From Trichoplax sp. H2 (Eukaryota): DNA of 64,000 nucleotides. Positions 37,688-50,082 of this stretch are shown piece after piece (position 1 is the first letter of the stretch; each line of letters opens with the position of its first letter). A model generated the notes under the pieces. That model was given only the letters and a program-made list of their open reading frames with translations. It searched no databases and was not told the origin of the DNA. A program made the position numbers and the translations under genes. The DNA is taken from the NCBI GenBank assembly GCA_003344405.1, contig NOWV01000196.1, positions 62,001 through 126,000 of the forward strand. Direction: 5' to 3'.

Positions 37688-40600
37688 TTAATCATATGAC
37701 GTTTGACTTTCTCTTACACATTGCGCTACCAATCTCTTAAATTTTTCTTTATTTTCCCTCCAGTCCTTCTACAAGATATAACAAAGTATAAGAGATTAGT
37801 TTCTTTTCATATTATTAGCATACATCGATGTAGCTAGAGTGTTTCATTATTTTTCGATAGTGATACAACTTAAAAGTAATGCAATATAATTTTAAACGAC
37901 ATGTAAGCGATTATCAACAATTCCAAGCTAATTTCTTACAGCTGCATCAATATTGGCCGGAGATTCATCATTCGGATCAGCCAACATAGAAATAACACTT
38001 AAAAGTATAGTTTCAACGGTATGAATAGGTCTCCATCTTTCTGATGACTTTTCGTAACCAAATTTATCCTCTCCTGGTTCATGTAGTATTGATATGCAAA
38101 CTTTGCCGTCCTTATCGACTAAGCAATACCGGAATGCATTACGATAGGTGGGTTAGTTTAGCAATGACCCCTTTAGTTATCCACATGACTGGAAAAGATA
38201 TTGATACTGTAATCATGAAACTTACCATTTGGATGATAAATTTTAGTTTGAAATTGCATAACCGGAGGGCGTTGTGGATAATCTCTAGGGAAATCTAGAT
38301 GAGCTTTAAAGAAGCCTCCTTCACTGATAGCAAATGCGTTAAAGAAGAAATAATGATGCTACGCTAGATAGGCATAATATCGCAAGAGATTAATAAAAAT
38401 CTAAAAAAGTCCCGGTTCAACATATCATTGCTAAGGTAGTGAATTTACTTTGACTCAATCTAGGTTACAAACTAGATGGTTATTACTGTACAAAAGAAGA
38501 TAATCTTCCAAAAATGGTTCGGGATATCATCATTATAATAAAGACTAGTGATTGTACAGTCAGTGACAGTATATCAGATACAATGGCGTGTCGGGAGGCC
38601 CAATTATCATTACTGCCCATTTAAAAATGTCATCGTCTTGCAATCCTGCGGAAAATCCTTCGGTAGGTTTCCTTTGAAGTTCTGTAAGAAGATTAAAATT
38701 TAACATTAGACTCATCAAGAGATTGAGAGAAAACGTTAGTAGTTTTCATCCAGTCTATAAATGGTAGTAAGCTCTAAATGTGCATGATTTCGAATAATGT
38801 ACAATATTATTCCCCAAGACCATTCTCGATACTAACTAAACGTAAAGAAACAAGTATTGCTATGCGTATATCAGCTACTGATGTACAATGAACGATTGCT
38901 AATACAGCAAAACCACTAAGGAAACCATGACAGAATCTTGATATCTGTATAGCACTTTAAGTAAATTAAATTTAATGAATTCTTTCCTAATCGAGTATCA
39001 TTGCAGTTTGCAATCACAAGTAATTCTGAAATCAACCTCTTTGTATTCTATTTAATACAATAACATGCAACGTCGATTAAGCTAATACGGCAGTATACAA
39101 ATAACTTGAATACAATTAAATGCCATAAAATGTAAGCCATTGCAATGTTCCACACTAATGATAGGAAAAGTTTCAATCACAGCATAGGGCATATCCACTG
39201 CAGAAATAGGACATGAAAAAGTTGAAAACTACTGTATGCCGTCTAATTTCTACTTGACTACGCATCCGATTTGTCATTGATGTAGATGGGTACTAGTATA
39301 GCTTCAAAAGCTACAATGGCCTATCAGCAATCAAGGGATTTGACTGCGTATCTACCAAATGGTTTTTGTAATTTTTATGATAGAAATTTAGAATTCCAAA
39401 TAAGCTAATCCACTAGCGAGGTTAATTTTAAGCTATCCAGGACGTAACTACTAACTACAAGACAATGAAAACATCTTGTAATTACATCCACTATATAAAA
39501 TAATTGGTCCATAATAAGAACACTTTATTTTGTAAGCATTTCTTGGTGATTCATGACTATCTGCAGCTTTAGTTAGCAGACTTGGATGTAGTCAGTCATT
39601 TAAGACATACCGTAATAAGGGGGGGGGGGGTTATGATTATCGATATTAACTATATTATTGCTTTCTTGTAGGAAGTTTACTTAATCAGTCTACAAGTAGA
39701 GAAAATGAAGGCAGTACGTTTGCCATCAATCACATGAAGCGATTACCACAGTACGCGAGTCGTATTTGTAGTATCCAGTACGGCGAAAGCCATGACATTT
39801 CAATGTCGCTATGATTTCAAAGTACTTTACGACTTGTGCTGTCTATGCGATGTCGATTTTAGCAATACAGTCTACCTTTAGCGTAAGTAAGAAACGACAG
39901 AATGTAAGGAAAACTCTCGAAGATACCAGTAGACTGTTCCAAAGGCGATTTTGGAGAGAAAAAGACGAGTATAAACTTAACGTGACGACGAACATACTAT
40001 GCATAATATGCTTGCGTATAAAATTAATTAATTAATCTATTGTAAGATAGGAAAAGTGCAGTACTGTACATTAGACTATGAAGAATTTGTCCTTCTAAGC
40101 TAATTACATCGACCATCGAATGTCATTCTACTGTCAAGTTTCTAATTATCCATTTTTCCTTGATAGCATCGTCTAATAGTGGTAGTAAAAGTGTATAATG
40201 TGGTAGAAGATGTTTTCATTCTGCAACTGTTTGCATGGGCAGTATACCTACCCATACCTACGGACAGCATTGTAGGTTTTGTAACGAGTTTGCCTTCATT
40301 CTATCAGTCAATAGTACCTGTACTATACTGTATGGTTGCATAGCCACGGTCAAGGGTACCGTATGAACACTATAGCACAGTGGTTGTTCTGTATGGCATA
40401 CGCTATTCAGTATCCATTTATTTCAAATTGGGAAAATGGTAAATGTCAGAAGAATACTGTAGTAGCCAGAAGTAAAATAGCCTATCTCAGTAATCACTCT
40501 ATCGATCGGTAGTTTACGCTCAATGTTTTTATAATGGCGAAAATACGATAAAAGTGACGATTTGAACCGGAAAAGTGGTCTATCGATTTGCTCTTATCGA

Positions 40601-41012
40601 CCCTTAACCTGGAGTAGATTCGATGGTATCACCTACGCTTTCACCATCTTGTCGACAGTACATATAGATTGATATTTTTTCTAGCTAAGACACGGTACTG
40701 TTCAGGCTATTCCGAGTTGATTTTTGTAGGAGAAAAAGCAATAAAAAAAGGTTTTTGCATGGACTGACTGATCTAGTGGGTACAAACACTGTAGTCCAAT
40801 ATGTGATGTGAACAATGCATGTATTGATGAACATGATAGCAATATTTTCCTCTTTCATTGATACAACCATAGAATAGAAATAACGCTGTCTTTCATCAAA
40901 TCGATCCATCTCAGTCATCGTCTGAAAGAATGGATTATAGATGAACACAAGCCTTGCAATAAATCCTACCTTGTAACTGGCGACGAAGCAACAATGCCGC
41001 TTGATCGGCCAT
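37688..41012 (-). CDS. UBE2G1: Ubiquitin-conjugating enzyme E2 G1; 5 coding exons
   Basis: MADQAALLLRRQLQ|ELQRKPTEGFSAGLQDDDIFKWAVMIIGPPDTPF|EGGFFKAHLDFPRDYPQRPP...YHPN|VDKDGKVCISILHEPGEDKFGYEKSSERWRPIHTVETILLSVISMLADPNDESPANIDAA|KDWRENKEKFKRLVAQCVRESQTSYD*. It has the catalytic Cys and the acidic-loop insertion. Not present in the ORF track because the exons are short. Confidence 0.95.
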
Positions 41013-41126
41013 TTGGAGTTCTTCAAAGTGCGAAATAAATCGACAGCAAGCTATAGACTAAAATCGAAGATCCCTCAAAAAAATTGTGTTTGATTTACGG
41101 TACAAACTTTTCTTGCTGGCGTCTGT

Positions 41127-41970
41127 GCACTGTACACTGTACACTGTCCAGTTACGGCGTCTACCGTGCGTCTACAGTACTGTACCGTACAGTGTACCGT
41201 CTCCCCTCTACAGTGGACAGTACTGTATCGGTTCATTGATTGATTTCCGCGCACAAAGCTGGATAGCACCACTATGGATGGTGGTGTCAACCCTAGCCGG
41301 TGTCAACTTGGCACTTTATCCTTTTTTCTTACAGTACAGTACTGTACATACAGTACTGTACACTGTACAGTACAGTGTTGTTTTTACCTTGTACTGTACT
41401 GTACTGTACTGTACATTATACTGTACTATACTGTACACTGTACAGTACAGTACGGTACAACAAACAAAAGCTCTAATAGTAGTAAGTACTGTACACTGTA
41501 CTGTACAGTACAGTACAATACAACACTGTACAGTACAGTACTGTACAGTATACTGCACACAATGGTGGTACTGTAATACAACACAGTACCACCAATACAG
41601 TACCACAAAACAAGGACCACTATGGTCTTCTGCTCCTCAATCCTCACTCAGCCGAGTCATTTTAACTCATGGACTACAGTACTAAATACTGTAAATCACA
41701 GGATTGATTGATTGGATTTTAGCACTCCAGGATACTGTACTGTACTGTACAGAACAGTACACTGTAGAGACTCTGTCTACTGTACTGTACAGTACTGTAC
41801 AGCCTGTACAGAGTGCAGTGTACTGTAGACTCTGTAGTACGGTTCAGGAAAACACACCCCATGTGTTACCAAGTGCACATTCGACAGTGTCCGTTTACAG
41901 TACAGTACATACAGTACAGTACAGTACTGTAGTGTACTGTCTTCAGTATGAAGTGGTCAATGCACTGTAA
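41127..41970. repeat. Largest (TACAG/CTGTA)n island, upstream of UBE2G1
   Basis: About 850 bp of degenerate tactgtacagtacag runs in both orientations. It generates spurious YSTV/YCTV ORFs. Confidence 0.9.
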
Positions 41971-42076
41971 AAATTTGCCCTTCATTCATTCGTAGTAAGC
42001 TGACAGAAGAAAATAGTTTGATTCATTTTATCCACAAAATTCTTTAGACGTTCTATTCTGGCCAGCAATATTAAAT

Positions 42077-42353
42077 ACGATCGATTCATAGTCTACTGTA
42101 TTGCCAATTTCTGCATCTTAATACAAAGACAGATCATCAACTTCTATGGGTATGAGAATAATAATTACAATTATTACTGTCTTCAAGCTCGCATTGGATA
42201 GTGCGGTACTAGGGACTTGTAAGGCGAATACGTATTCGTCCTGCCAGTCGTGTTCAATACGATCAGTTCGTAGTCTACTTTATTGCCAATTTCTCCATCT
42301 CAATACAAAGACAGATCATCAACTCTCATGGGTATGAGAAGAATAATTACAAT
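42077..42353. repeat. Direct repeat of about 95 bp (42077-42171 and 42258-42353)
   Basis: tacgatc..tagtctact.tattgccaatttct.catct.aatacaaagacagatcatcaact...atgggtatgagaa.aataattacaat occurs twice. Confidence 0.85.
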
Positions 42354-42439
42354 GTCCATGCAAATCTCATCATTGTCCTGCCAAGAGCTTTTAAGACTAA
42401 TTACGTATTAGTCTTACAAGTCCCTGGTACCGCACTATC
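42197..42439. mobile_element. MITE-like element with about 27-40 bp terminal inverted repeats
   Basis: Left end GATAGTGCGGTACTAGGGACTTGTAAG (42197-42223). Right end CTTACAAGTCCCTGGTACCGCACTATC (42413-42439) is its reverse complement with 1 mismatch, and similarity extends inward. Possible TA target duplication at 42199-42200 / 42436-42437. No coding capacity. Confidence 0.55.
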
Positions 42440-42678
42440 AGCATGAAATCCTTTCATGCTGTACCATCAGTGGATGTGCACTGCAAGTTTCTACAATAAA
42501 AAAAGTCGCGTCAGTCCTAAGTAATAAAGTCCAACTTCTATTTAGCAATAGCGGTACTGTAGACTACAGGGTATGCCTCAGGGCCCTTAATTTAGCATTC
42601 TGCGATCAGCGTCAGTATTAATTCACCTTGATCGGTTACCACACGGTATACTGTACACAGCAGAAACGATGGATGATG

Positions 42679-43010
42679 TCATAGGATAAACTCAGACGCG
42701 TAGCCCTAGTACAGTACTGTACTACTATGGTTAGCTTTCCCTGCGATCCGACTCCAGTTCAACGTTCATTATATCTTAAAACTGTAGAATAATGATGACT
42801 GGACGAGCAAATATATACAATTGATTAGTTCTTGCGATGAGTGATTGATTATATCATAGAATAAACCCAGATGCGTAGCCCTAGTACAGTACTGTACTAA
42901 TGTTGTGTTTAGCTTTCCCCGCGATCCGACTCCAGTTCAACGTTCATTATAACTTAAATCTGTAGAATAATGATGAGTAGACGAGCAAATATATACAATT
43001 GATCAGTTCT
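42679..43010. repeat. Tandem duplication of a unit of about 155 bp (42679-42832 and 42854-43010)
   Basis: Both copies carry gcgtagccctagtacagtactgtacta...ttagctttccc.gcgatccgactccagttcaacgttcattata...ctgtagaataatgatga...gacgagcaaatatatacaattgat.agttct. Confidence 0.9.
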
Positions 43011-44373
43011 TCTATTACTAGAGTAAATACACACACACTCAAGTTTAACCACTGCTGTACTGTATAACCTTCATACCTGTATTGGCTGTACACTGTACAT
43101 GGATTTGTAGATTTTCTTCCACAAGAAATCGAAAAGTCCATAACCTGTATTGTTCTTTTCGTCTTAGTACATCCTCAATTTCACCAATGTAAGCACGTAC
43201 AGTATTGTACAAAGACGTACAAGAACATGGCGTGATCTCCACAACAACTGCTACGGTCTAAACATTGTCGGTCGAATAGCATAGAGATGGAAGATGTTGG
43301 AATCAAAATGACTCAAAACAGATACCGTCTCTAATCAAATAGCCTTACCACTTACTATCATAGTGTGAATACTATGTTACATATTGCTAGCTAATTGTAT
43401 TATAGTTATCATTCATCAGTGATGGTAAATGATTGTGCAAGTAAATAATGTACTGAGGTTGTCAGTGCTGTAAAATCCCACAAGCGGCCAGTAATGGGCC
43501 GGATAGTAGAGCTAGTATACAGTACTCTACAACAATTTATTCCAAACTTCACTATAGAAACTTCAAAAACAGAGTTCAATACAGTTATGCAATGATTTCA
43601 CTTTAATCGGTGCCACTAATCTCTGGAAATCAGTACTAAAGGTCTATAGATCATCAAGGTATTGAAGCGAACCCTACCTTTCTCAGGCCTACTAAAGGAT
43701 AAGAAATTATACTTGTTTTTATTCACTATCAGTCATGTCTTGAGAATCCTAGCATCTCGATAACTTTGCTATCAGATCATGGATAGAATGAAAATGTAAT
43801 AGAAGTACAGTACTTGTACTGTCTCGGTGCGAGTATATAAAACAATAATTAATAACTTTATCCATGCTTACTACGAAGTCTTTTCAGCAAAGCGTACAGC
43901 AGCTGAAGTTAAAAAGTGTAAACGAGTTTCGATTACAAACTAGTAGTACAGCGAAATGATCCCATAACAAGCTAGTATAAAGTAGTTCGTTAATATGAAG
44001 ATGACAAAGAGTACATACGCGTAAACAAGAATCAATCATTCATGGATTCCAAACAGTATAATTTATATAGGATAAATCATAGCATAGGCATGGATTTAGT
44101 GCATTAGCAGCTTGGTGCTACTATAGATATACTTTTTCCTACGTAATTTATTCTCAATTTGTAGTGAGTGATAACTCACTAGAGTAATTTATTGCAATGA
44201 AATGGCAAACACGTTAAGATCACAGCATACAGTAGCGCTTCATCGGATCCAAATGTACAAATAAGTGATTAAGCTACAGTATAATCTTGACTATAATACG
44301 TATAGTATGTGTCGAATATAAAAATAGCCAATAAAAATAATAATCCAATCATATCCTCTAGAAAGTTGAAACA

Positions 44374-45770
44374 CTACTTCTTAACAATTGCTTCAGATTT
44401 GTCAGTTATACTGTAGTTATCCGGTACAGTCACATTACGTAGATCTTCCATTCCTGCCTCAGGCTCATCACCTATTAATATCTGGATTAATTTTTCACAA
44501 GTTGAAAGGACGTCTTCATTTTTGTCCCACTGATGTAATTCACGTAGGATAGCGTAAGCCATTTTCTCTCTTATATACATCCGACATGGTTTAGTAGCAC
44601 ACAACTAAAATTTTTGCCAGATAGCATCGTACAATCAATATTAATAACGTAATAATCGAACCTTTACTATTATCCATATATGCGTACGTAGGTACACAGC
44701 AGAATGCTGAAGTTCAATATGCATAATACTGCGTATCATTCAAGTTTGAAAATGAAAGTATTTCATGAGTACTAGATAATACAATATGTAGCAACCTGCA
44801 TCAAACTTTCTATCAGCATTATTCGTAAATCTGCTTCCGGTTCTCTAACTTTGTCCTCGCCAAGGTATTGCAAATCTAATGGTAAACGATCTGTCTCTTC
44901 TTGCTTTAATTCTTCGGGTCCAGCTAAGGGAAGTAGCAAATGTGGCAAAATGTCTATTTCTTCGCCGAGCAGCCATTCGTTACAATCTGTAAAACGTGCC
45001 AAAACAAGACATACAATCAATTGTAGCCAACCATCTATAAAACATGGTACATCAATCGATTCTTAAATGATTGCAAAATTAGACACAACAAAACAAACAG
45101 ATCATCATAAGAAGAGGCTGATTTATTCACCGCTTTCAAAGCAACAATTTTTAATAACAGCAATTAATCCTCTCCGTCGTATGGCGTTATCATAGTATTG
45201 TGTGTAAGGTAAGCATTTCTGGATGATTAATTTATCTTTATCTAATATCCATCTTCTAGCAGCTTGGACTTGCGTTACGTTGGCCAAAATTGCAGCAACA
45301 TGATGATACGTAGCATGCTTATTGTAGCCAGAGCAAAAGAATGCGTCTAATAATTGATTAAAAATTTTTCTTCCATCCTGACTTTGCAATATTTCCATCG
45401 TTGTATCACAGCCTTGACTAAGACGGGTAAGGTTGCATAATATCATGCAAGCTTTATCCGCATATTTAGCAGTTTTCTTCAAGGCATACAAAAGCAAAGA
45501 TTGCACGTAGTCCTTTTTACATAAGTAATTTGCTGCGTGATCGTCACCTGTTACATTAATTAAAGTTATATATGCGGCATCAGCTACATTCTCGATTTCA
45601 TCTTTAGTCAAATTAACCGCTGCATCTATGATAGTAGTATTCCTTGCAATTAATGTATTTGTCTCTGAAGAGCCAGTCAGGCCTGCAATAAATTCTATAG
45701 CTGGTAACTTGATATCTGGTCGTGTCTGTAACGTTAGAAACTGAGCAATTTCCTTGATTTGAGATTCCAT
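44374..45770 (-). CDS. HGH1: Protein HGH1 homolog (FAM203; eEF2 chaperone, ARM-like); 3 exons (45770-45131, 44986-44796, 44604-44374), 353 aa
   Basis: Motifs ADKACMILCNLTR, YHHVAAILANVTQ, IRRRGLIAVIKNCCFE, DILPHLLLPLAGPEE, LPLDLQYL...REPEADLR, YAILRELHQW. The GT-AG introns join in frame (1062 nt). Confidence 0.93.
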
Positions 45771-45961
45771 AGTTTAGCTTAACATTTGAATTTATATGAA
45801 AAGGTTTATTGTACGAGTATATCCATGACAATAATCTCTACCTGCTGCTAAAGGCTATTTTGTCGATTGAGGAGCCAGCTTTCCATAGCATCCTCACCAC
45901 AGATCGAGATCGCTCAAGGCAAGCCAAGGTGTTCCATATGGGTACAATCAGTAAGTGCTGT

Positions 45962-46142
45962 GCTGTACTGTACACTGTACTGTACTGTACAGTACTGTAG
46001 ATCTGCAATCTGTACTGGTACTGTACTGTACTGTACAACTCGTTTTAATTAATTAATGGCATACAGTACAGTACTAAGATAGGCATTTTACAGTATTTAT
46101 TGTTCGAAATTCGTCAAGGTACTGTACTGTACAGTACTGTAG
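45962..46142. promoter_or_regulatory. Putative bidirectional promoter HGH1/NFATC2IP with (TACAG/CTGTA)n island
   Basis: The start codons are only about 450 bp apart (45770 -, 46222 +) and the middle is filled with pentamer runs. Confidence 0.65.
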
Positions 46143-46221
46143 AAAACTGCCACACTCCTAGCAAAAATTCCTTCGCAAAGATCTTCTCGTCGGCCATCAT
46201 ATCGATCATGCCAGAGACGAA

Positions 46222-48866
46222 ATGAATTCAGGTACACTTCCTTCCCAAAGTATGGATAAATCAGTAAAAAGTTCAGATGAGGACACTTCTGAAGAAGATG
46301 AAATTAGCTTCTTCACGTATCGAAATAGTCAGCCGATCAATTTTGTAGAAACTCAAACTCGTAAGGTCATTATTGATGACGATGACGATGATGACATTAT
46401 TAGTTTTGAACCGGCCAACAAAAGACAAAAGAAGGGAAATACGAGATCAAAAAGTACGGAATTAGACGATTCCGAGATAATTAGGTAATCGACTACTGTT
46501 ATAAGACATACTGAATTTGCTAATGTGAACCTGTCATTAGTCGTTAATGAATTAATTACAAGTGAATAACTATGCGTTGATGTTGCATTACGGCTTTGAC
46601 GATCATACTTTCCTGCTGAAACTAAATACTGGTATTTCAAGAAAAGACGATATCTACTCTACGCCAAGACTATCCGTATGCTAGTCATACAGTGTTGACG
46701 ATATTAAATACTGAGTATAAAGAGAGATTTTAACCCAAGACACTTGGTGAGAAACTGAAATTGCATCACTGTAGATACCTAATTGCGTGTACACTGTACT
46801 GTACTGCACAGGACTCTATTTGAACATCTTCTGCATATTTTGTACTTCACCACATACCATAATTTTATTGTATCATGCAGTTGTAAATCATTTGCTTGGG
46901 CTTTCAATATTATTAGAACGTATTTATCGAAGTAAGTATCTAAGGAGAAATGTTATTGCATAATCTAGGAGGTTTATCCATACAAGTCGATATGCATAAC
47001 AATACTGTAGATACTCCAGTTACAAATACCATTGATCAACAAGTATATTTCTTCTCCTATTACTCCTCCACACCTCCTAGTCGTTGAGCCTACTATATGA
47101 ATAACTTAGCTAAAGACCTTATTGGAAAATATCACTTCAAGATTCAAATCGTAGTCGAAACACTTGCAAATAACTTGCATCAGTTAATAATGGAACGCCA
47201 TAGACTGGCTAACTTATTAACTACATGGAGTCAATGCTGCAAGTGTATCTTACGTAACTCGACTATACGCGTAGACTACTAGAAGTAGTGGTAATTTCTA
47301 GTAGTCCGTGACTTAGCACTTATATTGCTAGGTAGTCGCTACGGTATTCGATATCTAAAACTAGTAGTAATGTGCTGTACATAAAGAAAATCTCTCGAGT
47401 ACTCACCTCGAGTAATAGTTATGCTTACCTTAGCGGAATCTTAAAGTCTTAAAAATTTTTTTTTCCTATTCCTCAATGATAGCAATGAGGATTATCTCAT
47501 CTGCACATCGACCGTGGATACGGATGCTCTTCGTCGACAAGTCGAGAAAGAATTGGAATCAGATGAAATAATCATGTTAGTATTTTATATCGTAAACTGT
47601 ATATAAAATGTGCTGTGCAGATTTTTAGTGTTGACGTAAATTTAAAGATCACATTTTGCTCACCTCCAACTAGATGTATTACAATCATTCTACTAGCCTG
47701 GTTGATTAATTATTACTTATAATCATAAATTCAGAATTAATTCACATCAATATAGGAGTATAGGTAAAACAACTGATTTTATTACTCTTCATAATCATGT
47801 AGGAAAGCTAACAGTATGATGGCAGAAGTACTACGGTAGGAGAGTCTTTGTGAATAGGCTGTTACAAGGAATTTTAAACAGCCTCTTTGCAACCTTGTAC
47901 TAGGCATGATCGAATCATTTTGAAGTGGATATACCCATCTTTTCTGATATGTGCCTAATTCTGCAATGTAGACGAAAAATTGACGAACATGAGGACACCC
48001 ATTCTCAGAATCCTGACGAAGATCTTGATGAACATCCCATCAGCGGCACTCAAACAAATAAGTTTGTTCGCATTCCTATTCGAATTGGTGATAAAATCAA
48101 GCGATACAAATTATTGGAGGTACAAAATACGAATTCATTCGAAGCAAACAGAGCAATTTTACTTTCTGTATTCGTAATTAGGTATTAATGGCCTTTTTAC
48201 AGACTGAGCCATTTCAAGTTATTGCGGAAACAATAGCTCGAGAAGAAATGATTGGCGTGGATCAGGTTTTAATCTCTAGAAAAGATCTTGATATCAAACT
48301 GGATGATACTCCACAATCGATTAATTTTTCAGTTACAGATATACTCGGTAAGTAAACTACTTATTATGTTTGCTAAGTTAACGAAAGAGTCGCCGGACTA
48401 GTATTTACGATATATTGAATAATTGCTGTATTATCAGTTAAAAGTTGACAACCCTTAAATGCAATCTATGTCGTCTGAATCTATAAATTTTTTAGATTTT
48501 TTCGTTATCAAAAAGCCAACTCGAACTGAAAAGTGCCAGACTGATTCAATTCTAACGATAAAAATTCAAAGTGATGATAAAAGTCGCGCTACAAAGACAT
48601 TCAAGGTCCATAAAGTAAGTTGCTAATTGACGGACTCTTAACTGAAGAACTGCCGTCACAGTCTTAATCGCAATTGTATAAATATTTTACAGCTCAAGCC
48701 TTTGGAAACTGCATTTAAGGAATATGCAAAATTTCATCGGATACCTTTATCGTCGATTGCTTTCTCTATCGATGGGGAAAGAATTGATTTGAAAAGGACG
48801 CCAGTATCCCTAGAATTAGAATCTGGTGATATAATTGATGCTCGTATAATTGCAGATACTACATAA
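46222..48866 (+). CDS. NFATC2IP: NFATC2IP/NIP45 (Rad60/Esc2, RENi family) protein with two SUMO-like domains; about 6 exons
   Basis: Acidic N-terminus with SIM-like VIIDDDD. SLD1 reads FVRIPIRIGDKIKRYKLLE|TEPFQVIAETIARE...DDTPQSINFSVTDILD. SLD2 reads LTIKIQSDDK...FKVHK|LKPLETAFKEYAKFHRIPLSSIAFSIDGERIDLKRTPVSLELESGDIIDARII, with no terminal di-Gly. Confidence 0.82.
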
Positions 48867-50082
48867 ATGTATAATTTCGTTTAATTGTAACTAACTTAAT
48901 GTCCTTCTACTAATGTACAAAGATTTTTCGATCACTTTTGAATTTGCTACAAACGAATGTACAATGCCCGTCATCCGTAACAATTTCAAGATAGTTCAGG
49001 AAAGCATAGTGAGATTAGCTCTAATATAAATTAAATATATCAATCTATTCCATTAAGAGTGTTGCTAGAATTGAAATATTTTTACATACAATACAATTAA
49101 TTAATAAATAAGATGTAATTTGCGGTGAATCGTCAGCAACTGCGGTGAATAATGCCCCAATGGCGTAGTTGATTACGATGCAATCATTGATTTGATTTAA
49201 TTTAATGTGCCTTTAACTTCTTGAAGATAATGAGGAACTTCATAAACCTTTTGGTGGCTGAAACATCACGTACCTTACCGTGAACTGTAAAACTACTATT
49301 TAAGTCTTTAATGCAAAATTTGCAATTCTGACATAGAATATCGAAAGTATCTCGGCAACCGAACTAACGCAGTTGCTTCACGAAGCATATTACAGTGCTA
49401 ACATAACACACTAAAAGTATCTTGCCACGCAAATGCTTTTACAGTATGAAATTTTGATATAATACTGACAAATTAAATGCATCAGAGAGCTTAATTAGAA
49501 ATATTGCCTTTGATCGCATATGACTGCGACATAATTACGGCTACTTCATTGAAAATATTCTAGTTTTCCATCCTCAAATTCCAACAACGTACTCATAAAT
49601 TTTGTGTAGTTGTTAACTTTAATAACTACGAAAGGTAATAAATTCTGCAAACTGATAATCATTTTCACGTTTCGTATATTTCACAGAAAGTAAAGGCAAC
49701 TTACAGTAATGATATATTAACATTCAAAGTTAATTTAAAGGATAATTACCAGAGAATGTTACTAAAATTATTTATTTCGTTATATTAAATAATCCATAAT
49801 TCATTAATACTCTCTGTACCGTTAATAGATGTCAGAGGTGACAGTAACCTGTGATAATGTACAAACGATTAAAGTACATAGACAAGTTGTATTCAGACAT
49901 TGTATATATTACCGTAACTATAGTCATGTATACTTTATGCAAACGTTTAAAATTCAAATTATATCTAACAATTCATCGGAATATTTCCAAAGACAGTATA
50001 TTTAAAGTAAGCTACCAATGCGATTGTATATATTATCCGCTGAAGTTTCCCAGTAGCTTTCGTCAATATATTTAGAGATGCA

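Noticed and set aside
39619..39630. G12 homopolymer in UBE2G1 intron 1
   Set aside because: Isolated mononucleotide run, too short to argue for a functional G-quadruplex.
41075..41970. Overlapping ORFs of up to 199 aa rich in YSTV/YCTV/VLYC (similar ones at 10336-10783, 28783-29079, 45809-46052, 53204-53630)
   Set aside because: Translations of the TACAG/CTGTA pentamer repeat, which is poor in stop codons; open on both strands with no protein features.
42790..42850. Box C-like ATGATGA in the duplicated unit as a C/D snoRNA
   Set aside because: No suitably placed CTGA D box or terminal stem in both copies.
41127..43010. Repeat clusters as a CRISPR-like array
   Set aside because: No constant repeat with unique equal-length spacers, no cas genes, eukaryotic context.
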